Shown here one piece after another: positions 32,628 through 40,524 of a DNA stretch of 59,926 nt; the first letter of the stretch is position 1, and every line of letters starts with the position of its first letter. The stretch lies in the IMG/VR virus record IMGVR_UViG_3300022205_000002. One strand, written 5' to 3'. Made by a program: the position numbers and the translations under genes. The stretch is from a virus. The notes beneath the pieces were generated by a model. The model was not told where the DNA came from. It saw nothing but the letters and a program-made list of their open reading frames with translations, and searched no databases.

Positions 32628-34131
32628 AATAATAATTCCCCTGTGGCTGCATGATAAATAAATTCTGTTTTGCTCTCGTTATTCCTACATAAAAAACACG
32701 ATGTTCAGCATCTGCGTTATATGTCATGGCATTATATGACGTTCGCGCCACGTCTGTCAATAAAAAAATGTTATCAGCTTCGCCGCCCTTCACCCCGTGA
32801 ATTGTATTTATATTTATAATTGGAGTATCGTTCAATGAATAATAATTTCTGATAACACTTTTATAATATTCTTTAACGCCATCGCTTAGTTTAAACGCCT
32901 CGTGCCAAGGCGCGTCCGTCAACAATCCAAATCTATCCTTCAAATCCCACAATGAATAACGGCCATCCTGAATTGTTGACAGTGACTTGTAGCCGCGTTT
33001 AACGCCGACGTTCAGCTTCAGATAATCATAAATTATTTTGATCGTAGCGCTGTCACAGCTTCGGCCATTACGCAAATTTTCCCATGCTTCAATTGCCCGC
33101 GCGTCTTTTTTGTTTATCCCACGGCGGCCTTTAATAGAGTATGGAATTCCAAAATTACGTATATGATCCTCTATATCGCCAAGTAAATAACTGTTACGCG
33201 CAAGAATAAACCACGATTCATCATTGTCAAAAGCTACATCTTCATAACTGTTAAGATGATGGATTGCGCCGTCTCCGACTTCTGACACCGACGCGTAACC
33301 GCTTTTATCATATGTGTTATGGCATCTATCTATAACCTGCTTTGCAAGTTGATGAATCGATGCCGGTACTCTATAGCCTTTTTGCAATACTATCCGTTCG
33401 CCTTGCAAGTCAAGTAAATATTTAGGATCGGCTCCCGTCCATTCATACAGTGCCTGATCAGGATCGCCAGCGATATACACGCGTTTTGCATTCTTGCAAA
33501 AATGATTGATGTAATCCCATTGCATTGGATACAAGTCTTGCGCTTCATCAATTATTACAGCGTCAAGGTATGGCGGTATAGTATCCTTGATAGCGTAATC
33601 AATCATGTCCGTGAAGTCTAGTGAATTTATACTATCTTTATATTCCACATACGCCTTATTGAATTTAAACAACTCCACATATTGACATTCAATATTTTCA
33701 CGCTCCCACGTTTCACGCAATCCCGCTTTGCGCGAGCGCGATAAATGCGACAAGTGTAAAAAGATATCGCCTTTATATTTATTGCCTATCGGTATATCAC
33801 CTTCCGCTATAGCGGTTCTATTCGATATAGGTAAGCCTACCAGTCCGCCAAATTCCTGTAATTGCGAATCCTTCAGCACGTCGTCTTTGCTCAAGCCCAG
33901 TTGATAATACGCCATACTGTGAACAGTCTTAAAAAACTTAAGATCATTCTTGTTAATATTGAAGCGCTTTATAGCTCGCTCCACCGCTTCATTGACGGCT
34001 TTTCTAGTGTATGACATGAACGCTATTTTATCAGGCGATGTTCCATCCGCCAGTTCACGCTCAAGTATATCAAGTAATCGTGTAGTTTTACCAGTTCCCG
34101 GCGGCCCGAAGATTATAGTTGGATTCTGCAT
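32617..34131 (-). CDS. SF1 DNA helicase (UvrD/Rep-like)
   Basis: 504 aa. FGPPGTGKTT (Walker A), VIIDEAQDL (Walker B), YIAGDPDQALY, GYRVPASI, TIHGVKGGEAD, and FYVGITRAKQNLFI. Confidence 0.85.
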   Translation of the reverse strand: MQNPTIIFGPPGTGKTTRLLDILERELADGTSPDKIAFMSYTRKAVNEAVERAIKRFNINKNDLKFFKTVHSMAYYQLGLSKDDVLKDSQLQEFGGLVGLPISNRTAIAEGDIPIGNKYKGDIFLHLSHLSRSRKAGLRETWERENIECQYVELFKFNKAYVEYKDSINSLDFTDMIDYAIKDTIPPYLDAVIIDEAQDLYPMQWDYINHFCKNAKRVYIAGDPDQALYEWTGADPKYLLDLQGERIVLQKGYRVPASIHQLAKQVIDRCHNTYDKSGYASVSEVGDGAIHHLNSYEDVAFDNDESWFILARNSYLLGDIEDHIRNFGIPYSIKGRRGINKKDARAIEAWENLRNGRSCDSATIKIIYDYLKLNVGVKRGYKSLSTIQDGRYSLWDLKDRFGLLTDAPWHEAFKLSDGVKEYYKSVIRNYYSLNDTPIININTIHGVKGGEADNIFLLTDVARTSYNAMTYNADAEHRVFYVGITRAKQNLFIMQPQGNYYYDL

Positions 34132-34133
34132 AA

Positions 34134-35702
34134 TTAAAATGGTGTATCACTTTCAGTTTCAATATTTATATCCGGTATATCTTCATTTTTTAAAATAGAA
34201 TCAAACTTTGATGCTTCTATTTTCCAGACATTGCCCACATTAAACATTTGAACCGGCGCTATCCCTTGGCTTCGTAATTTTGCGTATAATTGAGCGGGTT
34301 TCCATTTACTAAACCAGCGCCCGGCACGGCGTATTATGTAAGCGTAAAACGAATCACTTTTAAAATAATAAGTATTGTCCTGCGCATCGTACCAAGGCTT
34401 GCCTAGTTTCAATTCCTCTTTGCTCTTCGCCTGTACTTTTCCGGTCAAGAATTCCTGCAATTGGTTAAACAGTATACCGTCGGCGCTGGCCTCTTGTGGC
34501 GCTTCAATTTCTTCAATATTCAATAATGCCGTACTAATAAAAGAATGCCACTTTGCTTGCTTGACGAATGGCGGGAGCATATTCAATTGTTCCACGCATT
34601 TTATATTAAATGTCCGTTGTGTCATTAGTTTCTCGGTATCATCTATTTCAAGCCTGCAACGCGAGCCGTCCGGAGTAAGAACATTTAAATACCATATAGG
34701 TGGAATAGTTTTAAGCTTCTGAATACCATCTATCATTATAGATAAATCAATATCCATTTCGTAATCATCACCTATGCCGTATTTACACTTGCGGCATAGT
34801 ACCTTACTACAATGATTAACTAAAGGTTCATCGTTACACTTATAGTAATAACTTTTTTTCTTCAGTCCCTTTATGACGTTCTGCACTTCTTTAGACGTGC
34901 CCGGCTTCATGTACTCAATATTATATTTCTCTACTTTATCTTCCCATGAATCGCTATATTTTTTTCTTGCGAATACGCCAAGACTGAACAGCGCATTATT
35001 ATAATGACTGGTAAAACCGACGCGGGTTAGGTATTGCAGACAAGGCGGAGCGTCCTTGAACTCCTCTTTTGTCTCTATAGTTAATTCTCTTAGTTCTTCC
35101 GCTGTTATTCGCTTCAATTCCGCATAGGTAATAAATTCATTTACGTCCTGTATCGCTTTGCCGTCGCGGACACAATAACGAAGCGTTGTTTTATTCTCGC
35201 CTAGGATACCAAAATAAGGCATGTTTAAAGCGTTGCCTGTATCCTGTTTACTGGCTAGCTTGCTTTGCTTTGGGAAAATTTCCGCGCGGTTAAAACCAAG
35301 ACCTATCGCCAATTCTTCAAGCTTGGCGCGGATATCCTGCGCGTTTATAAAATCCTTTGCGAATATGAACAAGTGTGCGCCGCCTGATTTTGACCGACAC
35401 AAAACAAGCGGTAATTTATGCTCCTGTATTTTCTTCTCTATAACCTTGTGATCAATCGATATATCATCTATATCTATAGCGCCCCACTTTGCGCTGGCAT
35501 TATCGGTAATAGGTATAATACCCAAACCCGATATACCGTCAAGATGATCTTTCCACAGGTCAAGCGTGACAGGTTCATGTTTAACAAACACACTTCCCTT
35601 TACCTTACCATTGTCGGAGTGAGTTATATTAAAGACGCTGTGCGCACGGTCAAGACCTTGAAACAATTTTGATATACGTTGTGTTATTAGTTGGGTTACC
35701 AT
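34134..35702 (-). CDS. Primase-polymerase (archaeo-eukaryotic primase superfamily) with a C-terminal extension
   Basis: 522 aa. WGAIDIDD (DxD) and CRSKSGGAHLFIF (sGGxH) match prim-pol catalytic motifs. A CxxC-containing region follows further on. Confidence 0.7.
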   Translation of the reverse strand: MVTQLITQRISKLFQGLDRAHSVFNITHSDNGKVKGSVFVKHEPVTLDLWKDHLDGISGLGIIPITDNASAKWGAIDIDDISIDHKVIEKKIQEHKLPLVLCRSKSGGAHLFIFAKDFINAQDIRAKLEELAIGLGFNRAEIFPKQSKLASKQDTGNALNMPYFGILGENKTTLRYCVRDGKAIQDVNEFITYAELKRITAEELRELTIETKEEFKDAPPCLQYLTRVGFTSHYNNALFSLGVFARKKYSDSWEDKVEKYNIEYMKPGTSKEVQNVIKGLKKKSYYYKCNDEPLVNHCSKVLCRKCKYGIGDDYEMDIDLSIMIDGIQKLKTIPPIWYLNVLTPDGSRCRLEIDDTEKLMTQRTFNIKCVEQLNMLPPFVKQAKWHSFISTALLNIEEIEAPQEASADGILFNQLQEFLTGKVQAKSKEELKLGKPWYDAQDNTYYFKSDSFYAYIIRRAGRWFSKWKPAQLYAKLRSQGIAPVQMFNVGNVWKIEASKFDSILKNEDIPDINIETESDTPF

Positions 35703-36194
35703 TTATACAAACCACTTATAATATTCTTGCTGTTCTTCCCCAGTGTGGATAATCAATAATGGCATGTCGTTATACACGCGTTGCAGGTTCATAATAATTC
35801 TACCAACTCGCCCATTACCGTCAATGAATGGATGGATATGTTCAAATTCAATATGTGCGCAATGTATTTTAGTATAGTCTATTCTCTGGTACCTGTCTAC
35901 CCATTCTGTAACTAAATCATGAACAATCCACCACGGCGGGCAAATCCTGCCACCAACTATAACGCTACACTCCCTGAATTTTCCTGAAATGTCACGCCTG
36001 ATATTCTTCATAAGCAAATGATGCAATACAAGAATATCAGCGACTCCGACATAACCGCCGTTATGAGTGATTGCGGCTATGCCGTAGTTCCAAGCTTCCA
36101 TAGCGCTGGTTATGGCTTGGTCTGAATATTCCCCTTCGATAGCGTTTGATTCGCGTATAAATTCCTGTAACTCTTCATCCGTGTAGCTGTACAC
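35703..36194 (-). CDS. fic: Fic-domain protein (AMPylase family) with an N-terminal inhibitory motif
   Basis: 163 aa. The Fic core is HPFIDGNGRVGR. The N-terminal SNAIEG matches the (S/T)xxxE(G/N) auto-inhibition helix. Confidence 0.85.
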   Translation of the reverse strand: MYSYTDEELQEFIRESNAIEGEYSDQAITSAMEAWNYGIAAITHNGGYVGVADILVLHHLLMKNIRRDISGKFRECSVIVGGRICPPWWIVHDLVTEWVDRYQRIDYTKIHCAHIEFEHIHPFIDGNGRVGRIIMNLQRVYNDMPLLIIHTGEEQQEYYKWFV

Positions 36195-36245
36195 AACTCC
36201 CTCCTATTCGTGTTATTCATTTTATCCATTTCGCCAGACTATAAA

Positions 36246-36455
36246 CTATGTAAAAACCGCATAATACAACGCAATCAAATAATCACTGATTATGTATATT
36301 GAAAGCAGAGCTGTAATAATTAAAAATTTACCAACGTTTTCCCCTGCTCTAACATGAATATGCAAACTAAAACCGGGGGCACGGGAAGCTCCTAGTGCTA
36401 CAATGATTATAAAAGAGCATAACCAAAGCGTTATTAATTGAAGTACTGTTACCAT
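36246..36455 (-). CDS. Small two-TM membrane protein (69 aa)
   Basis: LITLWLCSFIIIVALGA and FLIITALLSIYIISDYLIALYYAVF. Confidence 0.5.
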   Translation of the reverse strand: MVTVLQLITLWLCSFIIIVALGASRAPGFSLHIHVRAGENVGKFLIITALLSIYIISDYLIALYYAVFT

Positions 36456-36458
36456 GAT

Positions 36459-36926
36459 TCACCTGTTTTTAATCAACGCCATTATTTCGTCTACGGTTTC
36501 TTTGCAACAAATAAGCTCCTCTACACCCCTCACCAATAGAATTGAGTGATATTCTACGTTATGTGACGATATAAATGTAAAGCTTTCGTGGTGTTCTTCT
36601 TTTATAGAATAGATGTCTTCTATGCGAATGCAAATCTGCCTATCCTTTTTGTTATGTAAGAATATGAAATTTTTAACTATAAAGTTATTGACTTCAGCGC
36701 CGTATGAATAAGTGTAAAAAAGCTTGATGTATTTTATTATCTCGGCAACGGTTTCTGAACACTGTAGTGTATTAATATAACCATCACTGTGGTTATATAC
36801 GACTCTTGATTTAAGATCATTATCATAAACGCAATCAATCGATTCAAACAAGCATATATCACTTGCGCGGATATATGCTTTTTTTCCGAGATCGCAATTC
36901 AACAATATAAAGTCGTTCATATTCAC
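36459..36926 (-). CDS. Hypothetical protein (155 aa)
   Basis: Co-directional ORF. No motif recognised. Confidence 0.55.
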   Translation of the reverse strand: MNMNDFILLNCDLGKKAYIRASDICLFESIDCVYDNDLKSRVVYNHSDGYINTLQCSETVAEIIKYIKLFYTYSYGAEVNNFIVKNFIFLHNKKDRQICIRIEDIYSIKEEHHESFTFISSHNVEYHSILLVRGVEELICCKETVDEIMALIKNR

Positions 36927-37258
36927 CTATCCTCGTTGTATTCCGCTTCTTCTTCGGGTGATGCGCCGCCCGTGCCTTCCATCTCATTAAGCTTATCAGC
37001 AAGATACTTTTCCATCGCTTTCCATTTTCTACTTGCGTGCATCGGATCGCCGTCAATGCGTTTGTTTAAATCAATGACGCATTGCTCTAAGTCTTTCAGC
37101 GCTTGATAATAGCCAGTATCATGGCCGAGCCGGAGCAGTACATCGTTGCTGTCCACTTGCGCTGGTGTAGTCATTGTCTTTTCCTTTTTTATAGTTTCTT
37201 GCATTGCATCAACTATGCTTTGGAAAAATGGCGTTACAATTATAGGATACTCACTCAT
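36923..37258 (-). CDS. Hypothetical protein (111 aa)
   Basis: Starts 33 nt downstream of tRNA-like element 1, with AAAGGA upstream. Confidence 0.55.
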   Translation of the reverse strand: MSEYPIIVTPFFQSIVDAMQETIKKEKTMTTPAQVDSNDVLLRLGHDTGYYQALKDLEQCVIDLNKRIDGDPMHASRKWKAMEKYLADKLNEMEGTGGASPEEEAEYNEDR

Positions 37259-37291
37259 TGTTTTATCCTTTCTATACGTTAAATATAAGTT

Positions 37292-37423
37292 AAATCACCG
37301 GGGGCAGGATTCGAACCTGCTTGCAGACCTTCAGTGCCATACAACAGTCTGACCTTAGTAACTTCCGCGATCTCACAGCGGATATGGCTTAAGTCGTGTC
37401 CCACCACGCCGCCCCGGTGATTC
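37292..37423 (-). ncRNA. tRNA-like structured element 1 (not a canonical tRNA)
   Basis: On the minus strand, a 12-bp closing stem forms between GAAUCACCGGGG and CCCCGGUGAUUU. A perfect T-arm GCAGG-UUCGAAU-CCUGC abuts the 3' strand. There is a D-like hairpin CGUG-GUGGGA-CACG and two further hairpins, but no 5-bp/7-nt anticodon arm. Confidence 0.45.
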
Positions 37424-37428
37424 ATAAA

Positions 37429-37620
37429 TCAATCAAACTCCGCCTTGCAGCCGTAACCTTCAAATGCCATGGACTGCGCTTCCGCTCTGGAATAGGCGCG
37501 TAACTCTTTACCGCTTGGGCTTTCGCCGATGTAATACTTTGTCTTGTCTCCAAAGCCTCCCGTGTTCTTTTCGAAAAACTGGATAACCTTTGGTTTTGGT
37601 TTCTTAGTCGTGTTTGTCAT
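37429..37620 (-). CDS. Hypothetical protein (63 aa)
   Basis: Starts 28 nt downstream of tRNA-like element 2, with GAGAGGA upstream. Confidence 0.5.
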   Translation of the reverse strand: MTNTTKKPKPKVIQFFEKNTGGFGDKTKYYIGESPSGKELRAYSRAEAQSMAFEGYGCKAEFD

Positions 37621-37648
37621 TTTATCCTCTCTACGTTAAATATAAAAT

Positions 37649-37763
37649 AAATCACCGGGGGCAGGATTCCCACCCTGCTCCATAGACTTCATAAGGTAGG
37701 ATGAAGTCAGAAGCCATTCGCTTCCTTAACAAACCCAGCGCTACCACGCCGCCCCGGTGATTC
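37649..37763 (-). ncRNA. tRNA-like structured element 2 (same termini as element 1, unrelated core)
   Basis: The 5' ~28 nt and 3' ~20 nt are identical to element 1. The T-loop is degenerate (GCAGG-GUGGGAAU-CCUGC). The core hairpins are GAAGC/GCUUC and an 8-bp GACUUCAU/AUGAAGUC. Confidence 0.4.
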
Positions 37764-37781
37764 ATAAATCTTTATCTCTTC

Positions 37782-38588
37782 TCAAAATGGAGCCGGTTCA
37801 GTTTCAATGTCAACGTCGTGGTTTTCATCCTTGACCACAACACCACCGCCTACAACTGAAGCATTGAATTCCCTGCCGATATTTGCCAGTTCCTTGTTTT
37901 CAACGAAGCCCTGAAAGTCAATCTTGAAACCATACCACGTATTCTTGTCCTTGCTTTCCTTCGCTGTAGTAAGCTTGTAAAGCTGCCACCATGGCGCTAC
38001 CTTAATCGCCTCACCTTTGGCGTTCTTGCTTCGGCAATTCGCTTGAATCGTGTTCCACTGCTTGCTCTTATTGATTTGAGTAGAGCGGAACTTAATCATC
38101 ACTGGCGTGTAATTCTCGCCATCAGCGGATACAAGGCAAGCGTGATATCTGGTATCCACCAGCCGCGTATCTTCACGCGTGATAAATTCTTTCTTGCTGG
38201 TACTGGTATTTTTTATGAACGTCGCGCCCTGAACCTTTGGGTCAGTAGGATCAAGCGTTGTAATGTACTCGCCACTTTCGCCGCGCTCCCATTCAGCATA
38301 CACGCGTTTATAACCGCACGGGATTACAAACAGACCAACGTCGCCGGGAAACAGTTCTTCTGTTACAGTGTTAAAGAACATGCCCGGCCTTGCGCCCTCT
38401 ATATATTTTTCATGGGACGGGTTAGCCACTGGTGTCAGTGATTGCGCAATAATGATATACGGGACTGTCTGGCTTTCCGGATCAAGATTCTCATAACCCA
38501 GTCCCGCATCAGCTTCCATGTCTGCGGCCAAAGCAAGCGCCGTTGTTTCCTTTTTCTCCAGTTCTTTTTTACTCATCCCATTCTCCAT
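37782..38588 (-). CDS. Putative ssDNA-binding protein
   Basis: 268 aa. The acidic C-terminal tail ending in an aromatic residue (DENHDVDIETEPAPF) is a hallmark of SSB/gp2.5-type proteins. It lies at the head of the replication arm. The fold is not verified. Confidence 0.4.
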   Translation of the reverse strand: MENGMSKKELEKKETTALALAADMEADAGLGYENLDPESQTVPYIIIAQSLTPVANPSHEKYIEGARPGMFFNTVTEELFPGDVGLFVIPCGYKRVYAEWERGESGEYITTLDPTDPKVQGATFIKNTSTSKKEFITREDTRLVDTRYHACLVSADGENYTPVMIKFRSTQINKSKQWNTIQANCRSKNAKGEAIKVAPWWQLYKLTTAKESKDKNTWYGFKIDFQGFVENKELANIGREFNASVVGGGVVVKDENHDVDIETEPAPF

Positions 38589-38600
38589 TATTGTAGTTAA

Positions 38601-39179
38601 TTATTTTATGACAGCCGTTTTTAGCTGAATAATCCCTAGTAAATCCGCCGCGTCGCTATTGAGAAACGCTATATTACCGTCGTTGATTTGTTCATTGACA
38701 ACAGCCTTGAGCGTTTGCGGGTGAACGACTTCTTTATTAGTCACCTTGGCGTTAAAGAACCACTCTGCTGAATTTATATAATTCTTAAAAGCGTTTGCGT
38801 TCGCTTTATCATCCTTGCCGAATTTTATCAAGAATTCGTTTTTGATGATATCGCCGAATCCATTTTCATTAAGCCATGCATGCGCGGCGGCCTGATTTTC
38901 TTTTTTGATGTGCGCCAGAATCATGTCCTTGACTATAACGCTGGTCCCGCCGTCAAGGTCAATACGTGACAGCCCAAGCTCTTGCATGAGTTCCGGGATC
39001 GTATCACATACAAGTTCATTCAATTTATTCTTTGTTTCAGTGACGCGGCTTTCCAGCGTATCTAAAACTGCCTTTTGTTTCCTGTATTCATTGACGTAGT
39101 TTGATAGCGCCTCTAGTTTATCGCTTGGCAAACGCAGTTTTGATCCCGTCGATTCGCTCATTGAGGTCTCGTGTGTCAT
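38601..39179 (-). CDS. Hypothetical coiled-coil protein (192 aa)
   Basis: AAGGAGAG sits 8 nt upstream of the ATG. The N-terminal half is helical. A possible recombination accessory protein, judged from position only. Confidence 0.55.
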   Translation of the reverse strand: MTHETSMSESTGSKLRLPSDKLEALSNYVNEYRKQKAVLDTLESRVTETKNKLNELVCDTIPELMQELGLSRIDLDGGTSVIVKDMILAHIKKENQAAAHAWLNENGFGDIIKNEFLIKFGKDDKANANAFKNYINSAEWFFNAKVTNKEVVHPQTLKAVVNEQINDGNIAFLNSDAADLLGIIQLKTAVIK

Positions 39180-39546
39180 TTTTTATTCTCTCCTTATTCT
39201 TAAAATCTAATATCGATTCGTTGTACTCGCTGGTTTTTCTATTCCAGCGCAAAACCTTTATCTTGTCCTGCCGCTCCCTCGCTACAGCTATGACAATTCC
39301 AACCGCGACAGGATCGCCTATCAACAAAATGTAATCGTTTGCGGTTAATTTGTCAAGCGATTTTTTTGCTTGCTGTATCAACCACTCATTTGATTCATCG
39401 TAAACATTGCGCGGCAATATCGCCGGAGTAACCAATTCTCCAAAGGATCGCGCCGGTTCCAAGTCATGAACTTTAACGTATGCTCCGTTTGAATTGCGGC
39501 GCTCTGTCTCCATCGTCACGTAAATCTTAGGTATTGTTTTAGTCAT
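39118..39546 (-). CDS. Hypothetical protein (142 aa), first gene of the early arm
   Basis: The first ORF downstream of hub 2. No motif recognised. Confidence 0.55.
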   Translation of the reverse strand: MTKTIPKIYVTMETERRNSNGAYVKVHDLEPARSFGELVTPAILPRNVYDESNEWLIQQAKKSLDKLTANDYILLIGDPVAVGIVIAVARERQDKIKVLRWNRKTSEYNESILDFKNKERIKNDTRDLNERIDGIKTAFAKR

Positions 39547-39639
39547 AATAATTTTTATTCTAAGCTATTAAATTTTATTGTAAGATTCAATACTATCATA
39601 AATCACCATCTCGGTCAACTAAAAAATTTAAAGGTTTCA

Positions 39640-39733
39640 TATCGCCATATTGCCTACACTATATATAGAGCGAAAAAGAAAAAATAAAAATTTTTTTTTC
39701 AAAACTGCCAATATTGCCAGTATGCCAATATGA
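39640..39733. promoter_or_regulatory. Hub 2 copy of the ~77-bp module (CTATATATA, A/T tract, TGCCAATAT-type triple site)
   Basis: 39657-39733 reads cactatatatagagcgaaaaagaaaaaataaaaatttttttttcaaaactgccaatattgccagtatgccaatatga, about 85-90% identical to 6535-6610. It lies upstream (minus sense) of the first early gene. Confidence 0.6.
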
Positions 39734-39767
39734 AGTCACATAACTATATATTAATAAAAGACTTTTA

Positions 39768-39820
39768 GCATATTGGCAATCGCGAAAGTGCCAGTATGAA
39801 AACCGCGATTGCCAATATGC
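39768..39820 (-). terminator. Perfect 17-bp inverted repeat built from the ATATTGGCA motif. A likely late-operon terminator and/or operator.
   Basis: GCATATTGGCAATCGCG (39768-39784) and CGCGATTGCCAATATGC (39804-39820) flank a 19-nt loop. The repeat begins 5 nt after the holin-like stop. On the minus strand it is followed by CUAAAAGUCUUUUAUU. Confidence 0.45.
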
Positions 39821-39825
39821 GCCGG

Positions 39826-40101
39826 TTATTTATCAACAGTTTTAGGAACTTCGTTCAGTTCAGCGCCTATATTTTTAGCCGCCGCCATAGCTGCATCGAC
39901 TTTGGACTGGCCGAAAACATAGACGGCGGTCACGATGCCAATAACCAGATCAGCGATGTACGGCGCTACCTGATCAACCACAGTAGGCGCAACCGGGCCA
40001 AGATACCTTGTAGCAATAGGCAGCAGGACAATCGCCACCATGGATATCAGGGTCATTTTGAATTTCTTGGAATCAAAAGCCTTTTTGTCATTGTAAAACA
40101 T
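39826..40101 (-). CDS. Holin-like protein (91 aa, two TM segments)
   Basis: MTLISMVAIVLLPIATRYL and IADLVIGIVTAVYVFG, followed by a charged C-terminus. It is the last gene of the late arm. Confidence 0.5.
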   Translation of the reverse strand: MFYNDKKAFDSKKFKMTLISMVAIVLLPIATRYLGPVAPTVVDQVAPYIADLVIGIVTAVYVFGQSKVDAAMAAAKNIGAELNEVPKTVDK

Positions 40102-40102
40102 C

Positions 40103-40522
40103 TTACAAATTCTCCTTATTTTTTATAGTTAATTTAAAAGATTCATACTCTTTTGTTTCTTTATTATACTGATACGCGTATAAATAATTCATAGCTTCGC
40201 GGCTATCACCCAACGCGCGATAACTCGGCTCATCTAGAAACGGAAACACGCCAAGAGCTATACAGCCGGATAATTCTTCAGGATGATTGGCCGGATGAAT
40301 TTCTATATCCGTTCTTTGTGATACGTCCGCCACTTTAAAAAATTTATGTTTACCTGTATTATCAGGATGTACAATATACTCACCTTCGGGAATGCACGAT
40401 TCAAAAGGCTTGTTGTCATCCCAGTTTTTTTCTAATGAATAAGCGAAGAATTTTTCATCAAAGAAAATACCAGAAGTAGCGTTCTTTGTTTCAAATCGTC
40501 GTATCAAGTAAAAATGTTTCAT
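40103..40522 (-). CDS. DUF5675-like protein, a possible cell-wall-active enzyme (endolysin candidate)
   Basis: 139 aa from MKHFYLIRR. ATSGIFF...SLE...SCIPEGEYIV...IEIHPANHPEELSGCIALG gives a His...Cys arrangement reminiscent of YkuD-type L,D-active sites. It is adjacent to the holin-like gene. Confidence 0.45.
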   Translation of the reverse strand: MKHFYLIRRFETKNATSGIFFDEKFFAYSLEKNWDDNKPFESCIPEGEYIVHPDNTGKHKFFKVADVSQRTDIEIHPANHPEELSGCIALGVFPFLDEPSYRALGDSREAMNYLYAYQYNKETKEYESFKLTIKNKENL

Positions 40523-40524
40523 AA

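Noticed and set aside
36859-37056. Same-strand overlapping ORFs of 60-72 aa (36859..37056, 26502..26690, 41010..41228, 59706..59900)
   Set aside because: They are short, lack an SD, and are embedded in better-supported ORFs. 41010..41228 is an alternative reading of the Pro/Lys repeat. They do serve as the background against which the 180-aa ORF inside dcm stands out.
37292-37423. A canonical tRNA, tmRNA or tRNA-Sec assignment for element 1
   Set aside because: At about 124-132 nt it is too long. It has no 5-bp stem with a 7-nt loop in the anticodon position, and the closing stem is 11-12 bp rather than 7-8. The similarity of the 5' end (GGGGCGGCGUGG...CGAC) to the tmRNA tRNA-like domain is loose, and no tag ORF or pseudoknots are evident.
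37279-37427. Small ORFs starting MNHRGGVV that can be read through both tRNA-like elements (49 and 37 codons)
   Set aside because: The conserved 3' nucleotide block is read in different frames in the two copies. No SD precedes the AUG, and conservation follows base-pairing rather than codons. I favour an RNA- or DNA-level element.
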